DNA of 64,000 nt from Syntrophales bacterium (GTDB lineage Bacteria > Desulfobacterota > Syntrophia > Syntrophales > PHBD01). Position numbers and translations under genes: made by a program. How positions within the stretch are numbered: the stretch's first letter is position 1; every line of letters begins with the position of its first letter. Below, piece by piece: positions 50,523 to 60,292 of the stretch. The notes under the pieces are model-generated. The model searched no databases. It was not told the origin of the DNA and was given only the letters and a program-made list of their open reading frames with translations. The stretch is taken from assembly GCA_963668175.1 (NCBI GenBank), contig OY764159.1, forward strand, positions 1,280,001 to 1,344,000, given 5' to 3'.

Positions 50523-50873
50523 ATGCAGAGATATATGCTGAAATCGAAGCTTCATCGTGCCACGGTGACCGATGCCGACCTTCACTATGAGGGAAGCGTC
50601 ACGATCGACACGAAACTCATGGAGGCGGCCGATATCCTGCCTTACGAAAAGGTAGCAATCTATAACGTCTCCAACGGGGAGAGATTCACCACCTATGCCA
50701 TCGAGGGAAAGGGCGGCAGCGGAACGATATGCCTCAACGGCGCGGCAGCCCGCAAGGCATCCAAAGACGACGTGATCATCATCGCGACGTATGTCGCCGT
50801 CGACGAGAAGGACACCAGGGGATGGAAGCCCAAGTGCGTTCTCCTCGACAAGAACAATCGCATCAAAAAATAG
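50523..50873 (+). CDS. panD: Aspartate 1-decarboxylase
   Basis: KSKLHRATVT, YEGS self-cleavage site, NGERFTTY and NGAAAR motifs. Confidence 0.98.
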   Translation: MQRYMLKSKLHRATVTDADLHYEGSVTIDTKLMEAADILPYEKVAIYNVSNGERFTTYAIEGKGGSGTICLNGAAARKASKDDVIIIATYVAVDEKDTRGWKPKCVLLDKNNRIKK

Positions 50874-50952
50874 ATGGTGTCCCGGAAATTCGACCGATCG
50901 TTCGGGGTGCGGCTTGCCGTGCCCCTTTTGTGCTTTATGGAGGCCGATCCCT

Positions 50953-51612
50953 ATGATGACGTTTATTCTGCCCTGCCGGAACCGGGAGGACCTCGTTCGC
51001 AGGCAACTGGAAACAGTTACCGGCAGAGTCATTTCTCTCACATTGACCGACAACGCCACGTCCCTTATATCCGTCAAGCCGGCGGGGAGACGCCTGGATG
51101 TGCGCCTGCACAGAATGTTTCTCGGAGCAGGTCAGGACGTTCTGGAAGAGATTGGACGCTTTCTCTTGTACCGCAGGGGAAGGACGCCGCTGATCCGTGA
51201 TTATATCAGGAGCCATGCCCATGAACTGCCCGTCAAGAAACCTCGTCACGAACAGCTTCGGGCCGCCGGGCGGTATTTCGACCTGGAGGAGATCTTCGGC
51301 GAACTCAACCGGATCTATTTTCAGGGCTGTGTCACGGCGGCCGTCACATGGGGCAACAAGAGGAGAGGTGCCGTCAGGAAGAAGGTCCTGGGAAGTTACA
51401 GCAGCCAGACCAATATTATCCGCATCAGTCCCGAGCTGGACAGAAAGACAACCCCCCGCTACGTTGTCGAGCATGTCATCCACCATGAAATGCTGCATGC
51501 CCACCTGGGAGCGAGAATCATCAACGGGCGGAAATGCTACCATTTCAGGGAATTCCGTGAACAGGAGCGGTGCTTTAAGGATTACGAAAAGGCTATGGCC
51601 TGGTGCGGCTGA
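50953..51612 (+). CDS. SprT-like zinc metallopeptidase
   Basis: HHEMLH (HExxH), LNRIYF, LGSY; GGAGG RBS. Confidence 0.75.
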   Translation: MMTFILPCRNREDLVRRQLETVTGRVISLTLTDNATSLISVKPAGRRLDVRLHRMFLGAGQDVLEEIGRFLLYRRGRTPLIRDYIRSHAHELPVKKPRHEQLRAAGRYFDLEEIFGELNRIYFQGCVTAAVTWGNKRRGAVRKKVLGSYSSQTNIIRISPELDRKTTPRYVVEHVIHHEMLHAHLGARIINGRKCYHFREFREQERCFKDYEKAMAWCG

Positions 51613-51642
51613 CGATCCCATGCCCGCAGCATTGACCGGGGA

Positions 51643-52020
51643 CTAGGGGGCGTCAGGGGGACCCAGCAATTCCCGGACGGCCGACAGAAGCTGATTGAGG
51701 CTGAAGGGTTTGGCAAACGTCCTGGCCGCCCCGAGTTTGTCGGCCAGATCGAGATATTCCGCCGAATCGATGTGTCCGCCTCCGGAGATGGCGATGATTT
51801 TAGCCTGGGGATAGTTCTCCCTGAACGTGATGATCGTGTCGATGCCCTCCATCTCGGGCATGATGATGTCCGTGATAATGAGGTCGGCGGGGTTTTTCTC
51901 CTGCATGTTCAATGCTTCTCTGCCATTGGCGGCTTCGGTTGCCTCGTAACCCGCCTTGACGAGCAGGCGTATCAACATCGTCCGTGTGGGCTGGTCGTCA
52001 TCGATAATTAAAATACGCAA
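51643..52020 (-). CDS. Single-domain response regulator
   Basis: ILIIDDD, DLIITDIIMP, ISG and KPF receiver motifs. Confidence 0.93.
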   Translation of the reverse strand: MRILIIDDDQPTRTMLIRLLVKAGYEATEAANGREALNMQEKNPADLIITDIIMPEMEGIDTIITFRENYPQAKIIAISGGGHIDSAEYLDLADKLGAARTFAKPFSLNQLLSAVRELLGPPDAP

Positions 52021-52084
52021 GTTTTCGTAATTCTCCGCTTGAAGGTTGCGTGGGGCCGCCGTTTCATCCCTGTCCGGCCCGAAT

Positions 52085-52882
52085 TCAGAAGCGCCAATAT
52101 CTCCTGTTGTGCTGTCGCAGTTTTTCGAATATCGCTTCCATCTGACGGGGCGTCAGAATACGCTGTTCGACGAAATAGAGGCCGATGCGCGGCTGGAGCA
52201 ATCGTTGTCTTCCCAAAAGAAGAGTAAGCTGGTAGCGGTTAAGATAACCCCTGCGTAAGGCGCATTCGCCGAATTTTTCGCTGGGTCTCCTCTGCGAAAG
52301 GATCTTCAGGATATCGCCATGGTCGAGCCAGTACCATTGCACGGCGATCATACCCACGGCGGGGCGCTGCCTCTTCTGCCAGACGACCGCTTCGATGAGA
52401 GTCCTGCTCGAAATGATGCCGCTGTAATAGAGGAAACGTCCAATCGGCAGTTTTTTCTTGGGGACGTCGCATTGCCAGAAATGTTCCCGGAAGCCGCGAA
52501 ACGCGTCCTGCTGGCTGAATCCGCCGGCGTTCCCCGGCCTGGGACTTGCCGCCGGTTTTCTCTTCTTCCAGACCGGGGACGGCGAGGGCCTCCGCACAGG
52601 TTCGGGTTCTTCCAGGGAAAATCGCCAGGGGCTTTCGACGAACTCGATCAGTCGGGAGTAGGCAAGATTGACTTCCTTGAATCGCTCTTCCAGGCTTACC
52701 GGCTGCTCCGCCAGGGCTGCGGCCCTGTCCGGGTGCGTTTCGAAGGCCTTCTTCCTATAGGCCGCCTTCAGACCGGAAAGCTTGAGATACTTCAGGAAAT
52801 CGACGCCGATATTGACCTCACTGCCGAAGAGAACGGAGCAGGCGTTGATAAGCTCGTTTCTCGTGACAGTATTTTCTTGCAT
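52085..52882 (-). CDS. J-domain protein with C-terminal MshEN-like repeats
   Basis: LKAAYRKKAFETHPD J-domain; four xxGxxLxxxG...Q-type repeats. Confidence 0.75.
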   Translation of the reverse strand: MQENTVTRNELINACSVLFGSEVNIGVDFLKYLKLSGLKAAYRKKAFETHPDRAAALAEQPVSLEERFKEVNLAYSRLIEFVESPWRFSLEEPEPVRRPSPSPVWKKRKPAASPRPGNAGGFSQQDAFRGFREHFWQCDVPKKKLPIGRFLYYSGIISSRTLIEAVVWQKRQRPAVGMIAVQWYWLDHGDILKILSQRRPSEKFGECALRRGYLNRYQLTLLLGRQRLLQPRIGLYFVEQRILTPRQMEAIFEKLRQHNRRYWRF

Positions 52883-52923
52883 GGATGGCTCTCCTATTGC
52901 CGTCTTACGAATGAATGGATATT

Positions 52924-52939
52924 AGCAAGAAAAATGCCT
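52924..52939 (-). promoter_or_regulatory. Putative sigma-54 promoter
   Basis: AGGCATTTTTCTTGCT, exact GG-N10-GC with TTGC, ~40 nt upstream of the J-domain gene. Confidence 0.6.
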
Positions 52940-53498
52940 GTCCATGGAATCGTGAAGCAATTATTTTACGGGCATAAATGTCCCATAATGTATAACATGC
53001 AGGACCGGAAAAGAGCAAGAATCTAAATGGACAGCGATGCCTTGGTCGGCCGATGGGCATGTCCGGCGTCTCAATATACAAGTTATTGAATATGTTTTCT
53101 ATTTGTGTGGCCAAGGGGGGGAGACGGGAGAAGAAAACGCCGGGTGTCGCTTTCAATCGGGCGGACGGCATTGGGACCCGGCCGGCCGCGCCGGAATCGT
53201 ATCCGCCACGGCGTGAGGTACCGGGAACGTCAGGGAGCCGACACTTTGCATAATTTTCTGACGGTGCCGGCAACCGTTCCATCTTCGTGGTGAAATGTAT
53301 ACACGATGCCATCGGAAGGCATCGGACATTCCGGCATCGGCTTTCCGGAGAGGCCGAACCTACCGTCCGATCAAACCGGACAAAACTTGAGATAGAACAG
53401 TTAAATATGTAACGATTACAGCAAGTTTATTCGTCATGCGCGTGGGCATAACTCTTCGCCTATCGCATCTTGGAATGTGTTTGGACGGATTTCCCTCC

Positions 53499-53783
53499 TT
53501 AAATCATATCCCATTCCGTATCGGGTGAGGCGAAATCCCGAAGCTGATCCCGTCTTTTCTTGTGCTGGAGTTTCTTTAGGGCCTTGGCCTCTATCTGCCG
53601 GATTCTTTCCCGCGTTACGCCCATCATTTCACCCACTTCTTCCAGGGTGAAGGGGCCGTAATTGCAGGCCACCCATGTACAGTTTAGAAATGATTCATTA
53701 TTTAAACGCCACTCACAACTTGTCTCCAGGCAAACCTCGCTGATCAGGTTTCCCTTCTTCTTGCAGCGATATGTATTGATCAA
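53499..53783 (-). CDS. Stand-alone sigma-70 region-4 HTH protein with Cys-rich N-terminus
   Basis: [30 protein letters not shown] start 9 nt after AAGGAG (alternative start 53807). Confidence 0.85.
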   Translation of the reverse strand: MINTYRCKKKGNLISEVCLETSCEWRLNNESFLNCTWVACNYGPFTLEEVGEMMGVTRERIRQIEAKALKKLQHKKRRDQLRDFASPDTEWDMI

Positions 53784-53818
53784 GGGGTCGGTCTCCTTTT
53801 CCGTCAAATATTGTCATT

Positions 53819-53850
53819 AGACTAAACATTGACATCCCGTTTGTCAATGT
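53819..53850 (-). promoter_or_regulatory. Sigma-70 promoter overlapped by an inverted -35 palindrome
   Basis: Minus-strand TTGACA-N17-TAGTCT; ACATTGACA-N7-TGTCAATGT perfect inverted repeat at 53826-53850. Confidence 0.7.
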
Positions 53851-53861
53851 CAGGCACACGA

Positions 53862-55169
53862 TTATTTGAGGCGCGATAAACGTTCCTCCAGACGTCGTTT
53901 TCGATATTCGAGTCCATGCTTTTCGTCGTCGGTCAGCCGTCCGGGACGCTCAAGAATACCCTCGACCAGGGCGAGGGCGTTTTCCGCCTTCCGGCAGCGG
54001 TGCTCGTACCATTTGGCGAGTTCGACGGCGGCGAAGACGTCGCCCGGATTGTCCGCCAGCATCTTTTCCCAGACGGAGACGGCCTTATGCCATTCGCCGG
54101 CGCGTTTGTAAAGGATGGAAAGCATTTGGCCGGCCTCGGCGGCAACGCCGTAACGCTCCGATTCCATGAGATAAACAAGCAACTTTCTTGTGCCTTCCCC
54201 GTCGGCGCGGGCCGCCCGCAGTTTTGCGGCTGCCAGAAGATCCCGATGATCGGCCGCGGCCGGTCCCAAGGGGGCGGCAATCAGTTCCGTGAGATGGAGC
54301 GTGAGCCCGGCCATCGAAATGACGTCGAGACGGTTGTGTTCGAAGACGTCCTTCATGATCCTCGGGTCCCGTCTTCTGAGCCAGTCGAAATAGCGCTGGG
54401 GGATTTCGCTGCCCGGGATGTCGTTTTCCCGGTAGAGTCCGAGGATATGGGGCTCGATGGTGGCCAGGCGGCTGTTATCCAGGCGGTGACCCACGAGCCT
54501 GCGGGCGGGGTGGAGGAGATCCAAGTGGGGCAGGCCGGCGAGCGGGTCCCGCAGTCGGTTCATGATGAAACGGGTGGTCAGGAGGCCGACGTCGAATGCC
54601 TTGCCGTTGAACGTGACGAGAAAGCCTTTCGTCCCCGAGATATCGGCCAGGAATGAGAGACAGGCCTTCTCCTCGGAGAAGTCCCTGGCGAAAATCTGCC
54701 TGGTGACGAAGGTTTTTCCTTCAAACCACCCGAGCCCGATCAGGAAAGCCACCGTTCCCGTGCCGCCCGCGAGGCCGGTCGTTTCCGTATCGAGAAAGAG
54801 GGCGTCGCTCCAGGCAAAGCCGGCAAGTGCGCTTTCCCCCGAAAGGAACGCCGCAGCCGCCATATCGACGGCGGCGTATTCGCCTATCGACCGGTGGCCG
54901 TGCCGGTCATGCTCTTCATGAACATCGTGGGAGACGAAGAGTCTGCCGTGGGGCGAATCCATCTCCCGGCCGTTAACCAAGGCATCGAGGGGAGGGGTAT
55001 GCCTGCCGGCCGCAGGCCTTGTGCCGGCAGCCGGTTTCGAGGCGGGGCGGCGGTTCATGATTTCCTCGACCCGCCGGCGAAGCTCGCTCAGCTGATCCGA
55101 GCGGGCCGGCGGCTTTTTCGCTTCGGTCTCTTCCCCTGTCAGTCTTTTGAGGCGCTTGGTGACGCTCAT
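53862..55169 (-). CDS. YprB/MrfB-like RNase H-fold exonuclease with TPR tail
   Basis: FLDTETTGL, TFNGKAFD, HLDLLH, HNRLDV; C-terminal TPRs. Confidence 0.88.
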   Translation of the reverse strand: MSVTKRLKRLTGEETEAKKPPARSDQLSELRRRVEEIMNRRPASKPAAGTRPAAGRHTPPLDALVNGREMDSPHGRLFVSHDVHEEHDRHGHRSIGEYAAVDMAAAAFLSGESALAGFAWSDALFLDTETTGLAGGTGTVAFLIGLGWFEGKTFVTRQIFARDFSEEKACLSFLADISGTKGFLVTFNGKAFDVGLLTTRFIMNRLRDPLAGLPHLDLLHPARRLVGHRLDNSRLATIEPHILGLYRENDIPGSEIPQRYFDWLRRRDPRIMKDVFEHNRLDVISMAGLTLHLTELIAAPLGPAAADHRDLLAAAKLRAARADGEGTRKLLVYLMESERYGVAAEAGQMLSILYKRAGEWHKAVSVWEKMLADNPGDVFAAVELAKWYEHRCRKAENALALVEGILERPGRLTDDEKHGLEYRKRRLEERLSRLK

Positions 55170-55198
55170 AATCTGCTCGCGTGCTTTAACTCCCGCGT

Positions 55199-57565
55199 TT
55201 ATTCCCCGATCAGGTCGATCATGGCCAGGGCGACGTCCTTGGCCGCCGTTCCCACCTCCAGGGTGGGACCGACGCAACTCGGGCATCCGTGGCTGCAGGG
55301 GCAGGAGACGATAAGATTCCTGGCCGATTCGAGCAGCCTGTCGTGCTGCTGGTAAAGCAGTTCCGAAAAGCCGATGCCGCCCGGATAGGCATCGAACAGG
55401 AAGACCGTCGGATCGAAGGCGTCGACCTGCACCTGGTTCGTCTCGCCGTTTTTGCCCGGCGTCGCGGTGATTGTGCGGCCGCCGGCGCCGTGGCGGACGA
55501 ACCATTCGCCGCTCTTGTCGCCGATGCTCCGGTCGAGATCGCGGAGATCGGCCATCAGGATCATCGCCGCCAGGTGGTGCAGCCCGTAAGCAAGCCCCGA
55601 CAGGCCGTCGATGATCTCGGCGCGGGTGAAAGGCAGACTGTCCAGAAGGTCCTTCGGAATCGTGAACCAGTAGCTCGTCGTATGCATGTCCTTTTCGGGG
55701 AGATTGACCTCGCCGTAGCCCAGGTTTTCCGATGTGTAGAACTTGATTTTCTTATAACCCACCACCTTCCGGACGACCTGGACCTCGCCGTGCTCGACCA
55801 TGATCCGCCGCGCCTGCTTGCTCGCGAAGGAGTCGATGACCCGGACGTTCGTGTAGGTCATGGCGTCCGTGTAGTAGTCCACCTCGACCTTGCGGACATA
55901 GGCCTTGTTCGCGTTGAGATCGAGCCTGTCCACGTGATACGGCTGCGATTCCAGCATGTAAATGGCGTTTTCGTGGACGGTCGTGAAGGCGCTGTCCCAG
56001 TCGACCTCGGCGATGACCCTGGGGGTGCCCGTTTCCGTTGCATCCACGACCACGACGTTTTCCGGGTTGATGCTGCGGAGATTGACCTCGTCGGCGGGGT
56101 AGCTTTCCGCCGACCAGTGCCAGCGGGAGTCCACGCGGTGGAGGACGCCTTTGTCTTCCAGGTAAGTGAGCAGCTCTTCCAGGTCCTCGCCCCCGAAGCA
56201 TTCGCCGGCCTCGAAGGGAAGCTCGAAGGCGGCGCTTTTCAGGTGGTGGAGCAGGATGAGGAGATTGTCGGGGTTGATACGGCAGTGCTCCGGCGAGCGC
56301 GAGAAGAAGTAATCGGGATTGTCGACGATGAACTGGTCCATGGGGTTGCTGCGGGCGATGAGGACGGCGAGGCTTTGTCCCATGCGCCTTCCCGCCCGGC
56401 CAGACTGCTGCCATGTCGCGGCGATCGATCCCGGGTAGCCGCACATGATGCAGGCCTCCAGGTTTCCAATGTCGATGCCCAGCTCCAGGGCGTTGGTGCT
56501 GACGACGCCCATCACGTCGCGGTTGCGCAGGCCCCCTTCGATCTGGCGCCGCAGGTTGGGGAGGTAGCCTCCCCGGTAGCCGCTGACGAAACGATCGTCC
56601 ACCGGCTTCTTCCTGTCGAACTGGTCTTTCAGATACCGCGTCAGGACCTCGACGGTGAGGCGGCTCGTCGTGAAGACGATGGTCTGGATGTCGTTGGCGA
56701 TCAGTTGCCCGGCGAGCTTCCGGGCCGGCGTCAGGGCCGACTGGCGGATGCCCAGCTCGCGGTTGACGATGGGCGGGTTGTAGAGGATGAACGTCTTGGC
56801 CGCCGTCGGCGCCCCGCTTTCGGCGATCGGCGTGATCGGCCTCTCAACGATGCGCTCCGCGTGTTCCTGTGGGTTGGCCACGGTCGCGGAGCAGCAGATG
56901 AAGACCGGGTCCTGCCCGTAGAAGGCGGCGATCCTCTTCAGGCGGCGGATAACGTTGGCCAGGTGGGAGCCGAAAACGCCCCGATAGACGTGGAGTTCGT
57001 CGATCACGACATATTTCAGGTTGGCGAAGAGCTTTTGCCACTTCGTATGATGCGGGAGGATGCCCGCGTGGAGCATGTCGGGATTGGTGATCACCACGTG
57101 GCCCTGCTTGCGGATGGCCTGGCGGGCGTCGTCGGGCGTGTCGCCGTCGTAGGTGTATGTCTTGATGCCGGCCTTGAGCCTGTCGATCAGGCCTTGCATC
57201 TCGTGCATCTGGTCCTGGGCCAGGGCCTTGGTCGGGAACATATACAACGCCCTCGTCTCCGGTTCTTCCAGGATGCCCTGGAGGACCGGCAGGTTGTAGC
57301 AGAGGGTCTTGCCGCTGGCCGTCGGCGTCACGAGGACGATGTCCCGTCCCGCCCGCACGTGCCCGACCGCTTCGGCCTGGTGACTGTACAGCCGGTCGAT
57401 GCCTTCGTCCTTGAGGACGCCGCGGATGCGGGAATCGACCCAGTCGGGGTAGGGGACGAGGTGCCCGGCGGAGGCTGGAATGCGCTTCAGGGCCTTGACA
57501 TTCTCCATGAAACGGCGGTTGTTTTCCAGCCGCGAGAGCCATTCTTCAAGGGTGAGCTTGGGCAT
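55199..57565 (-). CDS. YprA/MrfA (SftH-like) DEAH helicase with DUF1998
   Basis: LYSHQ, TASGKT, PTKALAQDQ, DELH, SAT, QQSGRAGR; C-terminal CPCSHGCPSC. Confidence 0.93.
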   Translation of the reverse strand: MPKLTLEEWLSRLENNRRFMENVKALKRIPASAGHLVPYPDWVDSRIRGVLKDEGIDRLYSHQAEAVGHVRAGRDIVLVTPTASGKTLCYNLPVLQGILEEPETRALYMFPTKALAQDQMHEMQGLIDRLKAGIKTYTYDGDTPDDARQAIRKQGHVVITNPDMLHAGILPHHTKWQKLFANLKYVVIDELHVYRGVFGSHLANVIRRLKRIAAFYGQDPVFICCSATVANPQEHAERIVERPITPIAESGAPTAAKTFILYNPPIVNRELGIRQSALTPARKLAGQLIANDIQTIVFTTSRLTVEVLTRYLKDQFDRKKPVDDRFVSGYRGGYLPNLRRQIEGGLRNRDVMGVVSTNALELGIDIGNLEACIMCGYPGSIAATWQQSGRAGRRMGQSLAVLIARSNPMDQFIVDNPDYFFSRSPEHCRINPDNLLILLHHLKSAAFELPFEAGECFGGEDLEELLTYLEDKGVLHRVDSRWHWSAESYPADEVNLRSINPENVVVVDATETGTPRVIAEVDWDSAFTTVHENAIYMLESQPYHVDRLDLNANKAYVRKVEVDYYTDAMTYTNVRVIDSFASKQARRIMVEHGEVQVVRKVVGYKKIKFYTSENLGYGEVNLPEKDMHTTSYWFTIPKDLLDSLPFTRAEIIDGLSGLAYGLHHLAAMILMADLRDLDRSIGDKSGEWFVRHGAGGRTITATPGKNGETNQVQVDAFDPTVFLFDAYPGGIGFSELLYQQHDRLLESARNLIVSCPCSHGCPSCVGPTLEVGTAAKDVALAMIDLIGE

Positions 57566-57593
57566 GAAAAGGTATTCCTCGTTAAGTTGGCGA

Positions 57594-57622
57594 AGTATAG
57601 AAAGTCGCTTACGGCGTGTCAA
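57594..57622 (-). promoter_or_regulatory. Sigma-70 promoter of the helicase operon
   Basis: TTGACA-N17-TATACT on the minus strand. Confidence 0.75.
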
Positions 57623-57736
57623 GAGAGAAAAGCGGACGGCAATATCCGTTGACTTATAGCCGGCTTGTGCTATCTTGCGAACCGGCGGGGCGATGCGCCC
57701 TTTGGTCCCAATGAATTGAGAATCGGGGAGGATGCG

Positions 57737-59242
57737 ATGAAAATTACCGTCAGGAAGGAAAATCCGTCCGGGCTGGCCTGCGAGGCGGTCCTGGCGTTTC
57801 ATTTCGAAGACCGGAAGAAGCCGTTCGGTCTTGCCGCCATCCTTGACAGGCTGAGCGGCGGGGCGATCTCTGACCTTATTGCCGCCGGAGACTTTGAAGG
57901 CAAACTGAACCAGGTCGCGGTTGTCTATCCCTCCCGGCCCGTGCCGGCCAAGAGAATCGTCCTCGTCGGACTGGGGAAGAAGAAGGACTTGAACCTCGAT
58001 AAATTGAGGGGCGCCTTTGCTTACGGAGCCCGTCAGGTAAGGGGCCTCAAGGTCAAACGTTTCGCCGCGGCCGTCGAAAGCGGATTTTCCGGCGAGCCCT
58101 TGGCTGCGCTTACGGAGGCGGCCGTCGAAGGGGCGGTGCTCGGCCTCTACCAATTCACGCCTTACAAGACGATCGACCGCGACAAGATCAGGGCGGTCGA
58201 AGAAATGATCATCGCCGAGGATGATCCGGACAAGTATCGGACGATCCGTGACGCGGCAAAGACGGCGGAGGCCGTCGCGGCGGCGGTCTGTTTCGCCCGG
58301 GACATGGTTTCCGCCCCCGGCAACGAGATGACGCCGACCGTTATGGCCCAAAAGGCCAGGGAGGTAGCCGCCGACAAGGCGGTCAAGTGTAAAGTCCTCG
58401 ACAGGGAGGCCATGGCGAAACTGGGGATGAATGCCCTTCTGGGTGTGGCCCAGGGAAGCGGCCAGCCGCCCAAGCTCATCATCCTCGAATACATGGGCGG
58501 CAAGAGAGGCGAGGCCCCCGTCGTCCTCGTCGGCAAGGGCCTTACCTTCGACAGCGGCGGCATCTGCCTGAAGCCGGCCGAGAAGATGGACGAGATGAAG
58601 ACGGACATGTCCGGCGGGGCCGCCGTACTGGGCGCCGTGAAGGCCGTCTCGGCCCTCAAGCTGCCGCTGAACGTCGTCGGCCTGGTCCCGGCTTCGGAGA
58701 ACCTGCCGGACGGCATGGCCTACAAGCCCGGCGACATCCTGAAATCGCTGTCGGGGCAGACCATCGAAGTGATCAATACGGACGCCGAAGGCCGGCTGAT
58801 CCTGGCGGACGCCCTGACCTACTCGGCCCGCTACAAACCCGCGGCAATCGTCGACCTGGCCACGCTGACCGGTGCCTGCATCATCGCCCTCGGCGACTAC
58901 GTTACGGGCATGATGGGCACGTCGGACCGCCTGAAGGAAGACGTGCGGAAGGCTTCAGAGGCCACGGGGGAGCGCGTGTGGGAACTGCCCCTCTGGGAGG
59001 AGTACCACGAGCAGATCAAGAGCACGATAGCCGATTTTAAAAATACCGGCGGCAGGGCGGCCGGGACGATTACCGCGGCGGCCTTCCTGAGCAAGTTCGT
59101 CGGGGACTATCCCTGGGTGCATCTGGACATTGCCGGTCCGGCCTGGCTCGCGACGGACAAGCCCTACATCCCCAAAGGTGCCTCGGGCGTCGGGGTCCGG
59201 CTCCTGGTCCGGCTTCTTCGCAACCGCCTTAAGACGACATAG
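57737..59242 (+). CDS. pepA: M17 leucyl aminopeptidase
   Basis: [32 protein letters not shown] and HLDIAG motifs. Confidence 0.97.
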   Translation: MKITVRKENPSGLACEAVLAFHFEDRKKPFGLAAILDRLSGGAISDLIAAGDFEGKLNQVAVVYPSRPVPAKRIVLVGLGKKKDLNLDKLRGAFAYGARQVRGLKVKRFAAAVESGFSGEPLAALTEAAVEGAVLGLYQFTPYKTIDRDKIRAVEEMIIAEDDPDKYRTIRDAAKTAEAVAAAVCFARDMVSAPGNEMTPTVMAQKAREVAADKAVKCKVLDREAMAKLGMNALLGVAQGSGQPPKLIILEYMGGKRGEAPVVLVGKGLTFDSGGICLKPAEKMDEMKTDMSGGAAVLGAVKAVSALKLPLNVVGLVPASENLPDGMAYKPGDILKSLSGQTIEVINTDAEGRLILADALTYSARYKPAAIVDLATLTGACIIALGDYVTGMMGTSDRLKEDVRKASEATGERVWELPLWEEYHEQIKSTIADFKNTGGRAAGTITAAAFLSKFVGDYPWVHLDIAGPAWLATDKPYIPKGASGVGVRLLVRLLRNRLKTT

Positions 59243-59272
59243 GCCGGCACTTCGCGGGCGATCCTGTTACGT

Positions 59273-60244
59273 ATGGCGCACATTCTGGAGATAAGAGGAT
59301 TAAGGACGCATTTCGAAACGGCGGCGGGCACGGTCCGGGCCGTGGACGGCGTCGATCTGACCGTCGGCAGGGGGGACACCCTGGGGATCGTCGGAGAATC
59401 GGGCAGCGGCAAGACGGTCCTGGCCCTGTCCATCATGCGCCTTGTCCCCAGCCCGCCGGGCAGGATCGTTTCGGGAAGCATCCTCTTCGAAGGCACCGAT
59501 CTTCTGGGACTGGACGAGAAGGCTATGCAGCGCGTCCGCGGCAAGGACATCTCCATGATATTCCAGGAGCCGATGACGTCCCTGAATCCCGTCTTCAAGA
59601 TCGGCGACCAGGTGGCGGAGGTGATCCGGCTCCATCAAGGCCTTTCCGGAAAGGATGCGCGTGAGCGGGCCGTGGAGATGTTCCGGCTGGTCGGCATGCC
59701 CGATCCCGGGCGACGTGTCGACGATTATCCCCACCAGATCAGCGGCGGCATGAGGCAGCGGGTGATGATCGCCATGGCCGTCAGCTGCAACCCCCGCCTG
59801 ATGCTGGCGGACGAGCCGACCACGGCGCTCGACGTCACGATCCAGGCCCAGATCCTCGAATTGATCGACCGGCTGAAGGAGGAAACCGGGACCTCGGTCG
59901 TCCTGATTACCCACGACCTGGGGCTCATCGCCGAAAGCGCCCGGTACGTAATCGTCATGTACGCAGGGACCGTCTTCGAATACGCTGCGGTTCAGTCCGT
60001 TTTTGCTTCGCCGTGCCATCCCTATACGATCGGCCTCATGGCCTCGATGCCCAGGCTGGACGGCAAGGCGAATAAGTCCGCACGCCTTTCGACCATCGCC
60101 GGCACCGTTCCGCCGCTCTATTCGCTGCCGGAGGGATGCCGCTTTCACGACCGCTGCCCCGTGGCCATGGATATCTGCCGCCGGGAGGAGCCGGCCCTCA
60201 GGGAAACGGCGCCCGGACATTACGCACGCTGCTGGAAATGCTGA
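59273..60244 (+). CDS. Oligopeptide/dipeptide ABC ATPase (OppD/DppD-like)
   Basis: [25 protein letters not shown]; Cys-containing oligo_HPY tail. Confidence 0.92.
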   Translation: MAHILEIRGLRTHFETAAGTVRAVDGVDLTVGRGDTLGIVGESGSGKTVLALSIMRLVPSPPGRIVSGSILFEGTDLLGLDEKAMQRVRGKDISMIFQEPMTSLNPVFKIGDQVAEVIRLHQGLSGKDARERAVEMFRLVGMPDPGRRVDDYPHQISGGMRQRVMIAMAVSCNPRLMLADEPTTALDVTIQAQILELIDRLKEETGTSVVLITHDLGLIAESARYVIVMYAGTVFEYAAVQSVFASPCHPYTIGLMASMPRLDGKANKSARLSTIAGTVPPLYSLPEGCRFHDRCPVAMDICRREEPALRETAPGHYARCWKC

Positions 60245-60292
60245 GGCCGTGATGCCTCGATCCGACCGTCCGGATTGCGACGGGCGGCGGAG

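Noticed and set aside
52940..53498. Gap of ~560 bp with short ORFs and GCATCGG repeats or hairpins
   Set aside because: No convincing coding signal or known RNA motif; probably upstream regulatory DNA.
53862..57565. DUF1998 helicase plus nuclease as an anti-phage system
   Set aside because: The pairing matches the known MrfA/MrfB (YprA/YprB) DNA-repair module, and no methylase or other defence genes are nearby.
55289..57652. Long ORFs antisense to real genes (also 44554..46710, 35178..36830, 10959..12521, 18476..20053)
   Set aside because: They shadow well-supported genes, show no recognisable motifs, and are expected in GC-rich DNA.
57566..58351. 262-aa N-terminal extension of the helicase ORF
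   Set aside because: It overlaps pepA on the other strand, and a consensus promoter plus GAGG RBS support the start at 57565.
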